A DNA stretch of 64,000 nt from the IMG/VR virus record IMGVR_UViG_3300046820_001270, positions 1-64,000 of that record. One strand, written 5' to 3'. A model generated the notes under the pieces. The model was not told the DNA's origin. It did not search any database and saw only the letters and a program-made list of their open reading frames with translations. The position numbers were made by a program, and so were the translations under genes. Below are positions 1 through 8,614 of the stretch, in pieces; the stretch's first letter is position 1, and every line of letters starts with the position of its first letter. This DNA comes from a virus (lineage: Duplodnaviria > Caudoviricetes).

Positions 1-1532
1 TGGATAAATCGTTAAAATATTTGGTTGGTATATCTGCAATAGTTATTGCGGGATGTGCTGCTTATTTTTCAATCACAGGGTTAGGTATTTTATTTGCGGG
101 TGCATCTGTATCAGTAATGGTTATGGCGGGATCTTTGGAGTATGCTAAATTAGTTACTGCCACATATCTTAAACAAAAATGGAACGTAATAAAAGGTTTT
201 AATAAATGGTACCTAACAACTTCTGTAGTAATTTTAATGGCAATTACATCTGCCGGTATCTTTGGTTATTTATCTAATGCCTTTCAACAACAAAATATTA
301 AGTTAGACCAAGTTCAACGTGAAATTGACGTTTGGAATAATAAAATAAAAACAGACACTACACAAATTACTTTATACACAAATCAATTAAATCAATTACA
401 ATCAAATAGTAATACGGTTTTAAATAATAACACAAATAGAAGTAGTTTAAGATTTGCAACATCTACAGGTAAAGAACAATCTAAGATTAGAACTAAAATT
501 AGTGTTCTTAACGATTCTGTTGCCGCATATAACGGACACATAAATGATATTAAAAATGCAAACATAGAACTTGAAAGAGAAGTTGGTGGTTTCCGTTTTG
601 TCGCCGAAGCATTTGGGATGAGTTTAAATTCGGTTGTTAAATTTTTTATATTCTTAATTGTAATAGTATTTGATCCATTAGCAATTGCATTAGTAATTGC
701 GTTTAACCAATTGGTTTTAGGTGAAAATAAAAAAGAAGATGAAGAAGTTAAGGAAGACAAAACAAAAGAAATTATTGAAGAAGAATCAAGATTGAAATTA
801 TCTAAAGAAGATTTAGAAATATTGGAAAGTGTTTTATTAAATCCACCACCACCGAATGAAAATTTAAAAGAGGCTGCGAAAACATATAACGAACAAGTTG
901 AAAATAAACAACCATTTGAAGAAATGTTAGATAAACTGCAACCGACACAAGAAGAACGTCATGAACTTTTGGTTGAAATGATGAAGAATGACGAAGAGTT
1001 GGGATTATATAATGAACCAATGGTTATGAAAGATGAAGTTGATTTAAAAGAAATTGCGGAAAAATTACAAGATAGAGAACTATTTCCCGAATCTAATCAA
1101 AGAGAAAAGGAGACTATTGAAAATTCAAATTGGGACGTTACTTTAATGGACGGGTTAGAAGATGAAGAACCATTCTTTACTGAAGAAGAGATCGAGAATA
1201 TTTTACAAGAAGAACCAACCGAAGAAGAAATTGAAAGAAATTTTTCTACTATAGAACCTGAAACGGAGAATATTTTCCAAGAAGAGGATGATTTGACCGA
1301 CGCAATTAGAGAATTCAATCAAGAATCAATAGAGGAAGATGATTTTGATGGGTTTGTTCCTGAACCATTCGCAACACCAGAAGAAGTTGAGGAATTAAAA
1401 ATAGACATTAAGATTGAAATTCCCGAAGACGATGAAAGAATGAACATTATAGGACAGAACGGGAACGAAGGATTACATTACGAAAACGAAGAAACTACAT
1501 CATCCGAACAAGATGATGAAAAAAAAAATTAA
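1..1532 (+). CDS. Membrane-anchored coiled-coil protein with long acidic tail (5' end at or just outside the window edge)
   Basis: Frame is open from nt 3 (GAT AAA TCG TTA AAA TAT TTG...) and nt 1-2 are TG, so the start is probably an ATG beginning one base before the window. Hydrophobic N-terminal helices, N/Q-rich coiled coil, another TM segment (FFIFLIVIVFDPLAIALVIAF), then an E/D-rich tail. Confidence 0.8.
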   Translation, partial: DKSLKYLVGISAIVIAGCAAYFSITGLGILFAGASVSVMVMAGSLEYAKLVTATYLKQKWNVIKGFNKWYLTTSVVILMAITSAGIFGYLSNAFQQQNIKLDQVQREIDVWNNKIKTDTTQITLYTNQLNQLQSNSNTVLNNNTNRSSLRFATSTGKEQSKIRTKISVLNDSVAAYNGHINDIKNANIELEREVGGFRFVAEAFGMSLNSVVKFFIFLIVIVFDPLAIALVIAFNQLVLGENKKEDEEVKEDKTKEIIEEESRLKLSKEDLEILESVLLNPPPPNENLKEAAKTYNEQVENKQPFEEMLDKLQPTQEERHELLVEMMKNDEELGLYNEPMVMKDEVDLKEIAEKLQDRELFPESNQREKETIENSNWDVTLMDGLEDEEPFFTEEEIENILQEEPTEEEIERNFSTIEPETENIFQEEDDLTDAIREFNQESIEEDDFDGFVPEPFATPEEVEELKIDIKIEIPEDDERMNIIGQNGNEGLHYENEETTSSEQDDEKKN

Positions 1533-1552
1533 ACGAATTCCCAATTCCAATA

Positions 1553-1825
1553 TTGGAGGAATTAACGGAGGAATTGGATTTGTTAATAATAGAAGATACA
1601 ATTCCCCTCAAGGAGGAACCTCAAACCTTAGAATCGACAGACTCTAAAGATGAAATTTTGTATTGGGAATCGGATGACGTAAATCCAAATTTAGTAATAT
1701 ACGATTTGGAAAATAACAGAACATTTGTACCGAGTTCTGAGGAAGAAATAATAACACCACAACCATCTCCGGTGGAAAAAGTTATAACAAGAAATGTTAG
1801 TTCAAGACGTAGAAATTTTAGATAA
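1553..1825 (+). CDS. Acidic hypothetical protein, possibly the -1 frame continuation of the previous gene
   Basis: TTG start only. The frame opens exactly at the A10 run (1519-1528). Same E/D-rich composition as the upstream tail. Confidence 0.5.
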   Translation: MEELTEELDLLIIEDTIPLKEEPQTLESTDSKDEILYWESDDVNPNLVIYDLENNRTFVPSSEEEIITPQPSPVEKVITRNVSSRRRNFR

Positions 1826-2396
1826 TTTAATTATTAATCGTAAAAAGTCTAAAAAGACACAAATATTTTTATATGATACCCAAAGAAGATTAGATGATTT
1901 TTTAAACAAAATCAAATATCGTCTTAATGGAAAATATGAAGATGTACCCCATTATGTTATTTCTAAATTAGGGGTAGTATATCAGTTGTTTGATACCGAT
2001 CACAGTTCCAATACATTTGACGACCCTCAGATAGACAAAAAACAGATTAAAATTGCCGTTGAGAACTTAGGTTGGTTGAATAAGAATACCGTTACTGGTG
2101 TCCTTAATAATTGGATTGGTGACCCTTATAGAGGTGAACCACACATTCGTAATTGGAGGAATTACTATTTTTGGGATGTGTACCCCGAAACCCAATTAAA
2201 AACCCTTTCCGAACTCTGTAATGAGTTATGTGATAAACATAATATAACTAAACAAATAGTCCCATCTCACGGATACTTGGAAAATGCCTCAAATTTCAGA
2301 GGAATAGTATGTAAATCCAATTTTTCAAGTATTTATACAGATATAAACCCTTCTTTTAACTTTGGGGTTTTTTTTAACAATGCAAAAGAAAACTAA
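1794..2396 (+). CDS. N-acetylmuramoyl-L-alanine amidase (Amidase_2)-like protein, Zn-ligand His residues apparently lost
   Basis: HYVISKLGVVYQ, IAVENLGWL, YPETQLKTLSELCNELCDKHNI and DINP resemble phage Amidase_2. IFLYDT stands where HHT is expected. Confidence 0.6.
   Translation: MLVQDVEILDNLIINRKKSKKTQIFLYDTQRRLDDFLNKIKYRLNGKYEDVPHYVISKLGVVYQLFDTDHSSNTFDDPQIDKKQIKIAVENLGWLNKNTVTGVLNNWIGDPYRGEPHIRNWRNYYFWDVYPETQLKTLSELCNELCDKHNITKQIVPSHGYLENASNFRGIVCKSNFSSIYTDINPSFNFGVFFNNAKEN
2330..2336 (+). promoter_or_regulatory. TATTTAT motif (putative phage late promoter)
   Basis: AAGTATTTATA lies inside the amidase 3' end, ~44 nt before the ATG at 2380. The same motif precedes several structural genes. 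Confidence 0.45.
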
Positions 2397-2904
2397 AACA
2401 GATTACGACGTAACAAGAAACATGTTAAAGACCATTAGGACTTTAACGGAATCTAAGGTTTCAAACAAGACATTAAACGAGATGGTTGGTTTTCAATCAC
2501 CTGAGGTAGATAAAGCTGAGGAAAATCTTAAAAATGATATCATTGTAGTAAATGATGTTGAAGTTAAAATGAACTCTTCAGATGAAGCCGATTTGAAATT
2601 ACAAGATAGTGAAAAAACGGCGATATCACAGTTAGTTGATAATTTTAAACAACAAGTTTCACAAATTGCAGACTTAAATCCTGGTATCACAATTGCCCCC
2701 GATCAAATTAGATTAGACGGATCATTAACTGATCAAGACATAAGTTTTGTTTTTATTGCGGGTAAAGAATCAGGAGTATACATTAATGCGGATATGTTAA
2801 AATTAGAACAAGACGTAGCAAATGAATTGGAAAAGTTAGCTAAGTTTCATGAGACATACGAAACCGCAATGAATCCATTAATACAAGAGAGAAAAACTAA
2901 CTAA
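2380..2904 (+). CDS. Hypothetical protein (probable virion/late protein)
   Basis: ORF track 2362..2904; the in-frame ATG at 2380 after an A-rich stretch is preferred. No recognised family. Confidence 0.7.
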   Translation: MQKKTKTDYDVTRNMLKTIRTLTESKVSNKTLNEMVGFQSPEVDKAEENLKNDIIVVNDVEVKMNSSDEADLKLQDSEKTAISQLVDNFKQQVSQIADLNPGITIAPDQIRLDGSLTDQDISFVFIAGKESGVYINADMLKLEQDVANELEKLAKFHETYETAMNPLIQERKTN

Positions 2905-2907
2905 TAA

Positions 2908-3147
2908 ATGGCACTAACAGATCAAGATAAGAGGGAGATAGAGAATATCACGAAGAAAGAGATTAAATCTTTTATGGACACAACACAAGCCCATAAGATC
3001 GTCGTGAAAATGATCCAAGACGAGTTAGGTACCAAGAAGATAGACGATAAAATAGTTGATTTATCAACCAAAGTGGTAGTTGAATTATTCAAGACCCTAT
3101 GGCAGAGAAAATCATTCTGGGAAAGTGCTTTAAAATCAGTTAAATAA
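2908..3147 (+). CDS. Small hypothetical protein
   Basis: 79 aa, ATG start, tightly coupled to both neighbours. Confidence 0.75.
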   Translation: MALTDQDKREIENITKKEIKSFMDTTQAHKIVVKMIQDELGTKKIDDKIVDLSTKVVVELFKTLWQRKSFWESALKSVK

Positions 3148-3995
3148 TGAAGTATTCAAAACCAAACTTTGAACATGAATGGAGTGAAGCTCTTCGTTAC
3201 CGTGAATTTGAAAAAATGGGTGAGGAAAAGTGGTTAGAGAAGGCGTCTAAAGATTTTGAGATTTCTAATTTTAATTCAATTAAAAATGTGTTGAATAATG
3301 TGGATTTAGATTATGATACATTAGAGGATGAAAAGAAGAAAAGATTTGAAAAACACTTTAAAGAAGGTGAAGTTGAAATTCCCATTGTTGTTAAATTTGG
3401 TGAGAAGGATTACGATCTTTTAGGAGGTAATACAAGACTTGCTGGTTTAATTAAAAAGGGTATAAACCCAAAATTGTGGGTTGTGGATATGACAAAAAAT
3501 AAAGAAGAGGTTAAAGAGACAGGGGCGGATTCCTCAGGATCGTTTAGTGGACCGGCTTTTGGAGGTGGAGACGGAGATGTAATTAAAAGAAAGATTTCTA
3601 AAATACCTAATTTTGAACCAAATGAACAAGAATTAGGGGAGGTAACTGATTCAAGTTCTTCAGGTGCGTTTGATGTACCAGCGTTCGGTAAATCGACCTA
3701 TGGTGGTCGTAGAGACCCATTGAAGATTGACGGACCTGACAGTATCTATAAAGGTAGAGCGGTTAAGGATAAGAATTTCCCTAAATGGGGAGGACCTGAT
3801 AGTGTCTTTGTTAAAGTTAAAGAGAAATGTAAGAAGTTCCCTTACTGTAATCAAGGAAATACAGGAGCTATTGAATACGTAAGTGAAGACAAAGAAATAC
3901 AACAAATAATAAGTGAAATCTCAAAAACATACGGTTTACCACGTAAACAAGTGGAAAATATCGTATTAAATGAGATTAAAGATATATTTATATAG
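3147..3995 (+). CDS. Hypothetical protein with ParB/Srx-like N-terminal domain and a KCKKFPYCNQG motif
   Basis: PIVVKFGEKDYDLLGGNTRLAG resembles the ParB-like P(I/V)xV...L(I/L)xGxxR motif. The C-terminal half has two ExTxxSSGxFxxPxF repeats. Confidence 0.6.
   Translation: MKYSKPNFEHEWSEALRYREFEKMGEEKWLEKASKDFEISNFNSIKNVLNNVDLDYDTLEDEKKKRFEKHFKEGEVEIPIVVKFGEKDYDLLGGNTRLAGLIKKGINPKLWVVDMTKNKEEVKETGADSSGSFSGPAFGGGDGDVIKRKISKIPNFEPNEQELGEVTDSSSSGAFDVPAFGKSTYGGRRDPLKIDGPDSIYKGRAVKDKNFPKWGGPDSVFVKVKEKCKKFPYCNQGNTGAIEYVSEDKEIQQIISEISKTYGLPRKQVENIVLNEIKDIFI
3985..3991 (+). promoter_or_regulatory. TATTTAT motif (putative late promoter)
   Basis: 6 nt before the ATG at 3998. Confidence 0.5.
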
Positions 3996-3997
3996 AT

Positions 3998-5245
3998 ATG
4001 AAAGTAAGTGAAATCAAACAACTAATAGAAAGTATAGTTACTGACGAAGTTAGAAAGACTATAATGGAAGAATCTGAGGGTAATAAGGAAGTGTATCACA
4101 TCAAATGTGAGGGAGTTCCATTAGGTACCTACAGTTCTCAAGAAGAAGCTGAAAATGATATGGATAAATTTAAAGAAATGCATCCAGGTAAAGAGCTTAT
4201 TATTGAGAAAGGTGTTTACGAATCACATGATGATATGTTAGATAAATTAGATGAAATGAATGATCAATTAGAAGAAACAAACGATATGGAAAATACAGAA
4301 ATGCAACCAGAGGAAGGAAATGCGTTTAGTGGAGCATTGGCTGCCGCTAAATTAAAAGGTGATAAAGAATTTAAAGTTGGGGATAAAGAATATGACGTAA
4401 AAGAGGAAGAAGAGTGTGATGAATGTGGTGGTGGTTATATGGAAGAAGAGGAAGAAGGTGGAGATGATTTTGAAGAAATGTTAAGAGGTAGAAGAAGAAA
4501 ACATAGTTATGTAGATAATGGTGAAGAAACACCTGACGAAATGGGTGAAGAAAAGAAATCTTGTGAAAAATGTGGTAAAGAGATGTGTGAGTGTGGTGGT
4601 GGAATGTATGAATCAAAAAAGAAAACATTACGTTTAACTGAAACTGAATTAACTAAGATGATTGCTAAAATGGTTAGTGAGTCAATACCTGGTTTAGATG
4701 CTGCAAAGAAAGCACATACTGAAAGTGGTAAAGAAAACAAAGCTAATATATCTGCAGTTGAAAAGAAAATCGCAGCAACAATGAAGTTTGATGGTAATGA
4801 TAATCCTGAATTTCCTAAGGCCATTGGTAAAGGTGAAAAAGTTGCAAGAAAGAATACGACAGATCAGGAAGATGAAATTAAGAAAAACTTTGCAGGTTTA
4901 GAAAATTTAGATTACGATATTGAACCAGATAGTAAATTTAAAGATAGATTAAAAAAAGCAATTGAAGGACATACTACAATGGGTAATGCTCCAACAACTG
5001 AGAAGACAGATGTTAAACCATCTAACGGAGCAAAACTTGGAGAAGAACCTAAAGATAAAGACGGTAACGTAATTCCAACACCAGAAACGGCTAAAGGAAT
5101 TGAAAAACAAGTTAAGGACAGACAAAAGGATAAAGATAATAGAGAGTTATACAATAAACAAGCCGTTCCGGTTAAATCTAAATCAATCAACGAAGAAGTT
5201 GAGAAGATGAAGAAAATGTTTAATTACAACAAGAAAACTCAATAA
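3998..5245 (+). CDS. Acidic, probably head-associated/internal virion protein
   Basis: 415 aa, E-rich, with short CxxC motifs (CDECGG, CEKCGK, CECGG), LTETELTKMIAKMVSES and terminal INEEVEKMKKMFNYN. The structural role is inference. Confidence 0.6.
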   Translation: MKVSEIKQLIESIVTDEVRKTIMEESEGNKEVYHIKCEGVPLGTYSSQEEAENDMDKFKEMHPGKELIIEKGVYESHDDMLDKLDEMNDQLEETNDMENTEMQPEEGNAFSGALAAAKLKGDKEFKVGDKEYDVKEEEECDECGGGYMEEEEEGGDDFEEMLRGRRRKHSYVDNGEETPDEMGEEKKSCEKCGKEMCECGGGMYESKKKTLRLTETELTKMIAKMVSESIPGLDAAKKAHTESGKENKANISAVEKKIAATMKFDGNDNPEFPKAIGKGEKVARKNTTDQEDEIKKNFAGLENLDYDIEPDSKFKDRLKKAIEGHTTMGNAPTTEKTDVKPSNGAKLGEEPKDKDGNVIPTPETAKGIEKQVKDRQKDKDNRELYNKQAVPVKSKSINEEVEKMKKMFNYNKKTQ

Positions 5246-5272
5246 TATCTTTTAAATCTTTTCATTAATCTT

Positions 5273-5280
5273 TATATTTG
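5273..5280 (+). promoter_or_regulatory. TATATTTG, Bacteroidota-type -7 promoter element (TAnnTTTG)
   Basis: Exact match to the consensus, 15 nt before the ATG at 5296. Confidence 0.55.
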
Positions 5281-5295
5281 TATTATAATAAAGTT

Positions 5296-5751
5296 ATGGA
5301 AAATAAAGAGAGTTATTTAGAGTTTGTTGGGTCTGAGAATTACAAACAACAAATTGATGTATGGTACAGGGCGTACAATATCAATAGAGAAAAAACAGAA
5401 CTTTTCTATGATTTTCTCATTTCACTATATGATTTGATGGAGGAAACTTATTTAGGTTCAGATGTTATATCTACAACCGACGATCAAATGAAACACTTTA
5501 CATGGTGTTGGGATAAGAATTTAGATAATTTTAATAAAGAAAAGATTTATTTTAAAGAAAGGGGTAATGGGTATGAATATTTTTGGAACTTCTTTTTGGA
5601 GGCCTATTATTACCCAAAAAATACTGAAAATACAATAAGAATACCTGAATACTTTTACGTATTATTTGACTTTGTTCATCGAAAAACCAGATCTGAACTG
5701 GATATGTTAACAGAATTGTACAAATTGTTAGAACAAAACTTGAAAAAGTAA
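5296..5751 (+). CDS. Hypothetical protein (aromatic-rich)
   Basis: ORF track 5278..5751 uses a TTG that overlaps the promoter box; in-frame ATG at 5296 preferred. Confidence 0.75.
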   Translation: MENKESYLEFVGSENYKQQIDVWYRAYNINREKTELFYDFLISLYDLMEETYLGSDVISTTDDQMKHFTWCWDKNLDNFNKEKIYFKERGNGYEYFWNFFLEAYYYPKNTENTIRIPEYFYVLFDFVHRKTRSELDMLTELYKLLEQNLKK

Positions 5752-5790
5752 AATTTTTTCCATATATTGATATTAAAATCGTAATAAAAT

Positions 5791-5982
5791 ATGGAAACCT
5801 TAAAAAAAATAGATGAACTTTTCATGAAGATGAAAGTTGACACGGAGAAGGTTTATGGAAAGGGTAACAGAAGTGCCTCTATTAGAGCAAGAAAATACGC
5901 CCAAGAAATAAAACAATTAATTGGAGTCTACAGAAAAGAGATTCTTGACGAAATGAAAAAACATGATGATGCAACAGATTAA
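5791..5982 (+). CDS. Histone H1-like nucleoid protein (Bacteroidota Hc1-type)
   Basis: 63 aa basic helical protein with KGNRSASIRARK...YRKE, matching the GNKAAGxRARK...FRK signature. Confidence 0.7.
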   Translation: METLKKIDELFMKMKVDTEKVYGKGNRSASIRARKYAQEIKQLIGVYRKEILDEMKKHDDATD

Positions 5983-6145
5983 ACTTTTTTTCTTTGTATT
6001 GAGTATTGTTTATTCATTACGAATTATTGTGGAGTTTGGTATAAAACTTACACAAGAGAATCCGGAACCAATGAAATTAACAAAACTTGAACAAATAGTA
6101 CAAATAATTTTATTGTCCTATATAATAACTTACCTATTAACTTAA
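5963..6145 (+). CDS. Small membrane protein
   Basis: 60 aa with two hydrophobic segments. Confidence 0.65.
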   Translation: MMMQQIKLFFFVLSIVYSLRIIVEFGIKLTQENPEPMKLTKLEQIVQIILLSYIITYLLT

Positions 6146-6149
6146 CAAC

Positions 6150-6605
6150 GTGTTTGAATCAATAAAATCATTAAGACCTTATTTCCATTCTTTAAGAGAA
6201 GTTCAAAATAATGTTAGTTTAGATATTAAATTACCATTAACTTGGAGATATGAAGATATTATAAAACCATATCGAACCATTAGTGTTAAGATACAAGATA
6301 AAAATGATAAGTATAATCTTGTATCATTAGTGTCACAAGCAACACAAGAAGGGTACGATGTTGCGTTTGCCTGTGCAAACGAAATATTTACTTTTAATAA
6401 GGAAGAAGAAGAAAAACAAAAATTATTCCACCAAAAAGTAAAAGAATTACAAGAATTATTTAAAACAGAATCTTTAGACAAGTTAAAAGAAATAAACTTA
6501 ACTGACAATTATGGACAAGAAACTACAACAGGGATTGAATTGGCTGGACAAGGAAATGAAGAAGGATCAGAAGGAAGTGGAGATACAGAAGACGAGGATG
6601 ATTAA
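6150..6605 (+). CDS. Hypothetical protein
   Basis: GTG start, 151 aa, coiled-coil and acidic tail overlapping the next gene by 95 nt. Confidence 0.7.
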   Translation: MFESIKSLRPYFHSLREVQNNVSLDIKLPLTWRYEDIIKPYRTISVKIQDKNDKYNLVSLVSQATQEGYDVAFACANEIFTFNKEEEEKQKLFHQKVKELQELFKTESLDKLKEINLTDNYGQETTTGIELAGQGNEEGSEGSGDTEDEDD

Positions 6606-6708
6606 TGAAATAAAAAAAATTAATAAGGAAGAGTTGTTTAAACCAAAAAAGAAAGTATCTATAATAGATAAATTATTAAAGATATTAGGTTATGGAAAAA
6701 AAAGGTGA
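6511..6708 (+). CDS. Small basic hypothetical protein
   Basis: 65 aa, K-rich, coupled to the next ATG at 6692. Confidence 0.6.
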   Translation: MDKKLQQGLNWLDKEMKKDQKEVEIQKTRMINEIKKINKEELFKPKKKVSIIDKLLKILGYGKKR

Positions 6709-6925
6709 GTTAATAAATCAATTAGCAATTATAAGTGACTTATTAGAAAAGTTAAATACAAATACGGAGTCGACAACTATTATCCTTAACTTAAAAGAGG
6801 ACGAATTTTTAAAGGCGTTCGATTCAATACAAAAAAAATACGGGAGAATAATTGAAAAACCTAACGAAACTTTTACAATAACGATAGGAGAAGTGGATAT
6901 TATTTTTAATATGAGTAATGTCTAA
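6692..6925 (+). CDS. Hypothetical protein
   Basis: 77 aa, ends convergently with the minus-strand gene. Confidence 0.65.
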   Translation: MEKKGELINQLAIISDLLEKLNTNTESTTIILNLKEDEFLKAFDSIQKKYGRIIEKPNETFTITIGEVDIIFNMSNV

Positions 6926-7544
6926 ATAATTCACGTCTATTAAATCCTTTAGACTCTAACAATTTATATAATTGTTTTCTTTGATAGGTAGTGATGTCTT
7001 TGACGAACATGAAGTTCGTCTTTTTTCTTTTTAGAAGGTCTTGTTTTAATAATTCAAACAATCTATCGGCATCATTAAGGTTTTTATTACCATACATTTT
7101 AACGTCATCCTCAATCTGTACAAATAGATTTTTATTTAATGTGAATATTTGGGTAATTTCTGTGATCGGTAGAATTTTGTCTACCATCTCATGATATCTA
7201 ATTCTTTTCTTTGTTTGGAAATCGTAAATTAACTCTTCTTGCCAATATGGTAAGATTTCTTTGATACGAAATTTATCGTCTTCAATCTTAGCTTCCATAT
7301 TTCTACCCAAACTATCTTTAACATATGTTGCAGTTGCCCAACGGTTATTTGGAAAGATTAGTGCAATCTCATATACTAATTCTTGTTTGCGTTTACTACC
7401 CTGTATTTTTAAAAATGGAGGTACACGCTGTGTTTTAAATTCCCTCCAATATTCATATACGGTGGTTCTTTTCATACAACGGTATAATACTTTTACTCTT
7501 TTCTTATTACAAAAAAGAACTATAAAATATTTTCCTTTTTTCAT
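6906..7544 (-). CDS. Basic hypothetical protein
   Basis: 212 aa ORF with natural composition; no competing long + strand ORF. Confidence 0.75.
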   Translation of the reverse strand: MKKGKYFIVLFCNKKRVKVLYRCMKRTTVYEYWREFKTQRVPPFLKIQGSKRKQELVYEIALIFPNNRWATATYVKDSLGRNMEAKIEDDKFRIKEILPYWQEELIYDFQTKKRIRYHEMVDKILPITEITQIFTLNKNLFVQIEDDVKMYGNKNLNDADRLFELLKQDLLKRKKTNFMFVKDITTYQRKQLYKLLESKGFNRRELFRHYSY

Positions 7545-7690
7545 ATTAATTTAGTTATTAAGGTGTATAAACCATATCCACCCAATAAAAACCAAACAAT
7601 AGTAAAAATGACAATACCCGTAGAAACGAATTGAGTTGTTTTCTCAACCTCCTCCCTTAATTGTTTTTTCTTACATGTGTTACAAGCCAT
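7541..7690 (-). CDS. 49-aa membrane peptide with N-terminal CxxC (not in ORF track)
   Basis: Hand translation: MACNTCKKKQLREEVEKTTQFVSTGIVIFTIVWFLLGGYGLYTLITKLI*. Its TGA overlaps the ATG of 6906..7544 (ATGA coupling). Confidence 0.7.
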   Translation of the reverse strand: MACNTCKKKQLREEVEKTTQFVSTGIVIFTIVWFLLGGYGLYTLITKLI

Positions 7691-7760
7691 AATAAAATAT
7701 ATACTTTAAATTTCTCTTTATCAAATATTTTAGGTATATTTTAATATAAATAAATGATTA

Positions 7761-8603
7761 ATGATTAGTTACATTGGAGGAAAGGCACGTATAGGTAAAT
7801 GGATAGTTCCACAAATACCAACAGATATTGAAACATATGTCGAAGGATTCAGTGGTATGTTTTGGGTATTCTTTAATATGGATTTGGCCAAGTTCCCGAA
7901 TCTAAAAACGGTCGTTTATAATGATTATAATAGATTGAACGCCAATCTAATGAAATGGGCTAAACAATATGACGTTTTACGTGAAGCATTATCAAAGTAT
8001 CCATGTCAGGCAGTTGGAGTAGAAGACACACCACCTGAATATGCTCAAATGTTTGCTCAATATCAAAAAGAAGTGTTCAATCCCGATTTAGTAATTACCG
8101 ATGAAAATAGTTTAGAAATTGTTTGTAAGTATGTGTATGTTTTAACACAAGTATTTTCAGGATCTAAACCTGAAACATCATCTTATACAGATTATAAAGG
8201 AAAGTATCGTTGTAAGGTTCTTATCTTTATGGATAAATTAAAGAACCCAAAATATAGAGAACATTTTGATAAGATCTCATTTGTTGAGAATAAAGATTTT
8301 TGTGATGTGGTAAAACAATACGATTCACCGACAACATATTTCTATATGGATCCTCCATATTGGAAAACTGAAAACTATTATTCTAATCATGATTTTGATG
8401 TTAATGATCATATCAGATTGGCGGAATGTATGAAAGGTATTGAAGGTAAATTTAGTTTATCATATTATGATTTTCCTAAGTTAGTTGAATGGTTCCCAAA
8501 AGATCAATATAAATGGAATCAAAAAGATTTTAAGAAAGCAGCGGCAGCAAAAAAAGACGGTACACAGAATGTTGGAACCGAACTTTTAATAATGAATTAT
8601 TAA
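7761..8603 (+). CDS. dam: N6-adenine DNA methyltransferase (Dam/D12 class)
   Basis: ISYIGGK, YVEGFSG, VVYNDYN, FYMDPPY and KFSLSY motifs. Confidence 0.9.
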   Translation: MISYIGGKARIGKWIVPQIPTDIETYVEGFSGMFWVFFNMDLAKFPNLKTVVYNDYNRLNANLMKWAKQYDVLREALSKYPCQAVGVEDTPPEYAQMFAQYQKEVFNPDLVITDENSLEIVCKYVYVLTQVFSGSKPETSSYTDYKGKYRCKVLIFMDKLKNPKYREHFDKISFVENKDFCDVVKQYDSPTTYFYMDPPYWKTENYYSNHDFDVNDHIRLAECMKGIEGKFSLSYYDFPKLVEWFPKDQYKWNQKDFKKAAAAKKDGTQNVGTELLIMNY

Positions 8604-8614
8604 TTTAAACAATT

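Noticed and set aside
1513-1647. 44-aa ORF MMKKKIKRIPNSNIGG... in the third frame across the A10 run
   Set aside because: It overlaps two other ORFs and has no independent support; kept only as an alternative (+1) outcome of slippage.
2345-2376. AAACCC...GGGTTT-T-run as a terminator
   Set aside because: Short stem with a long loop, inside the amidase coding sequence and between a putative promoter and its gene; too weak to call.
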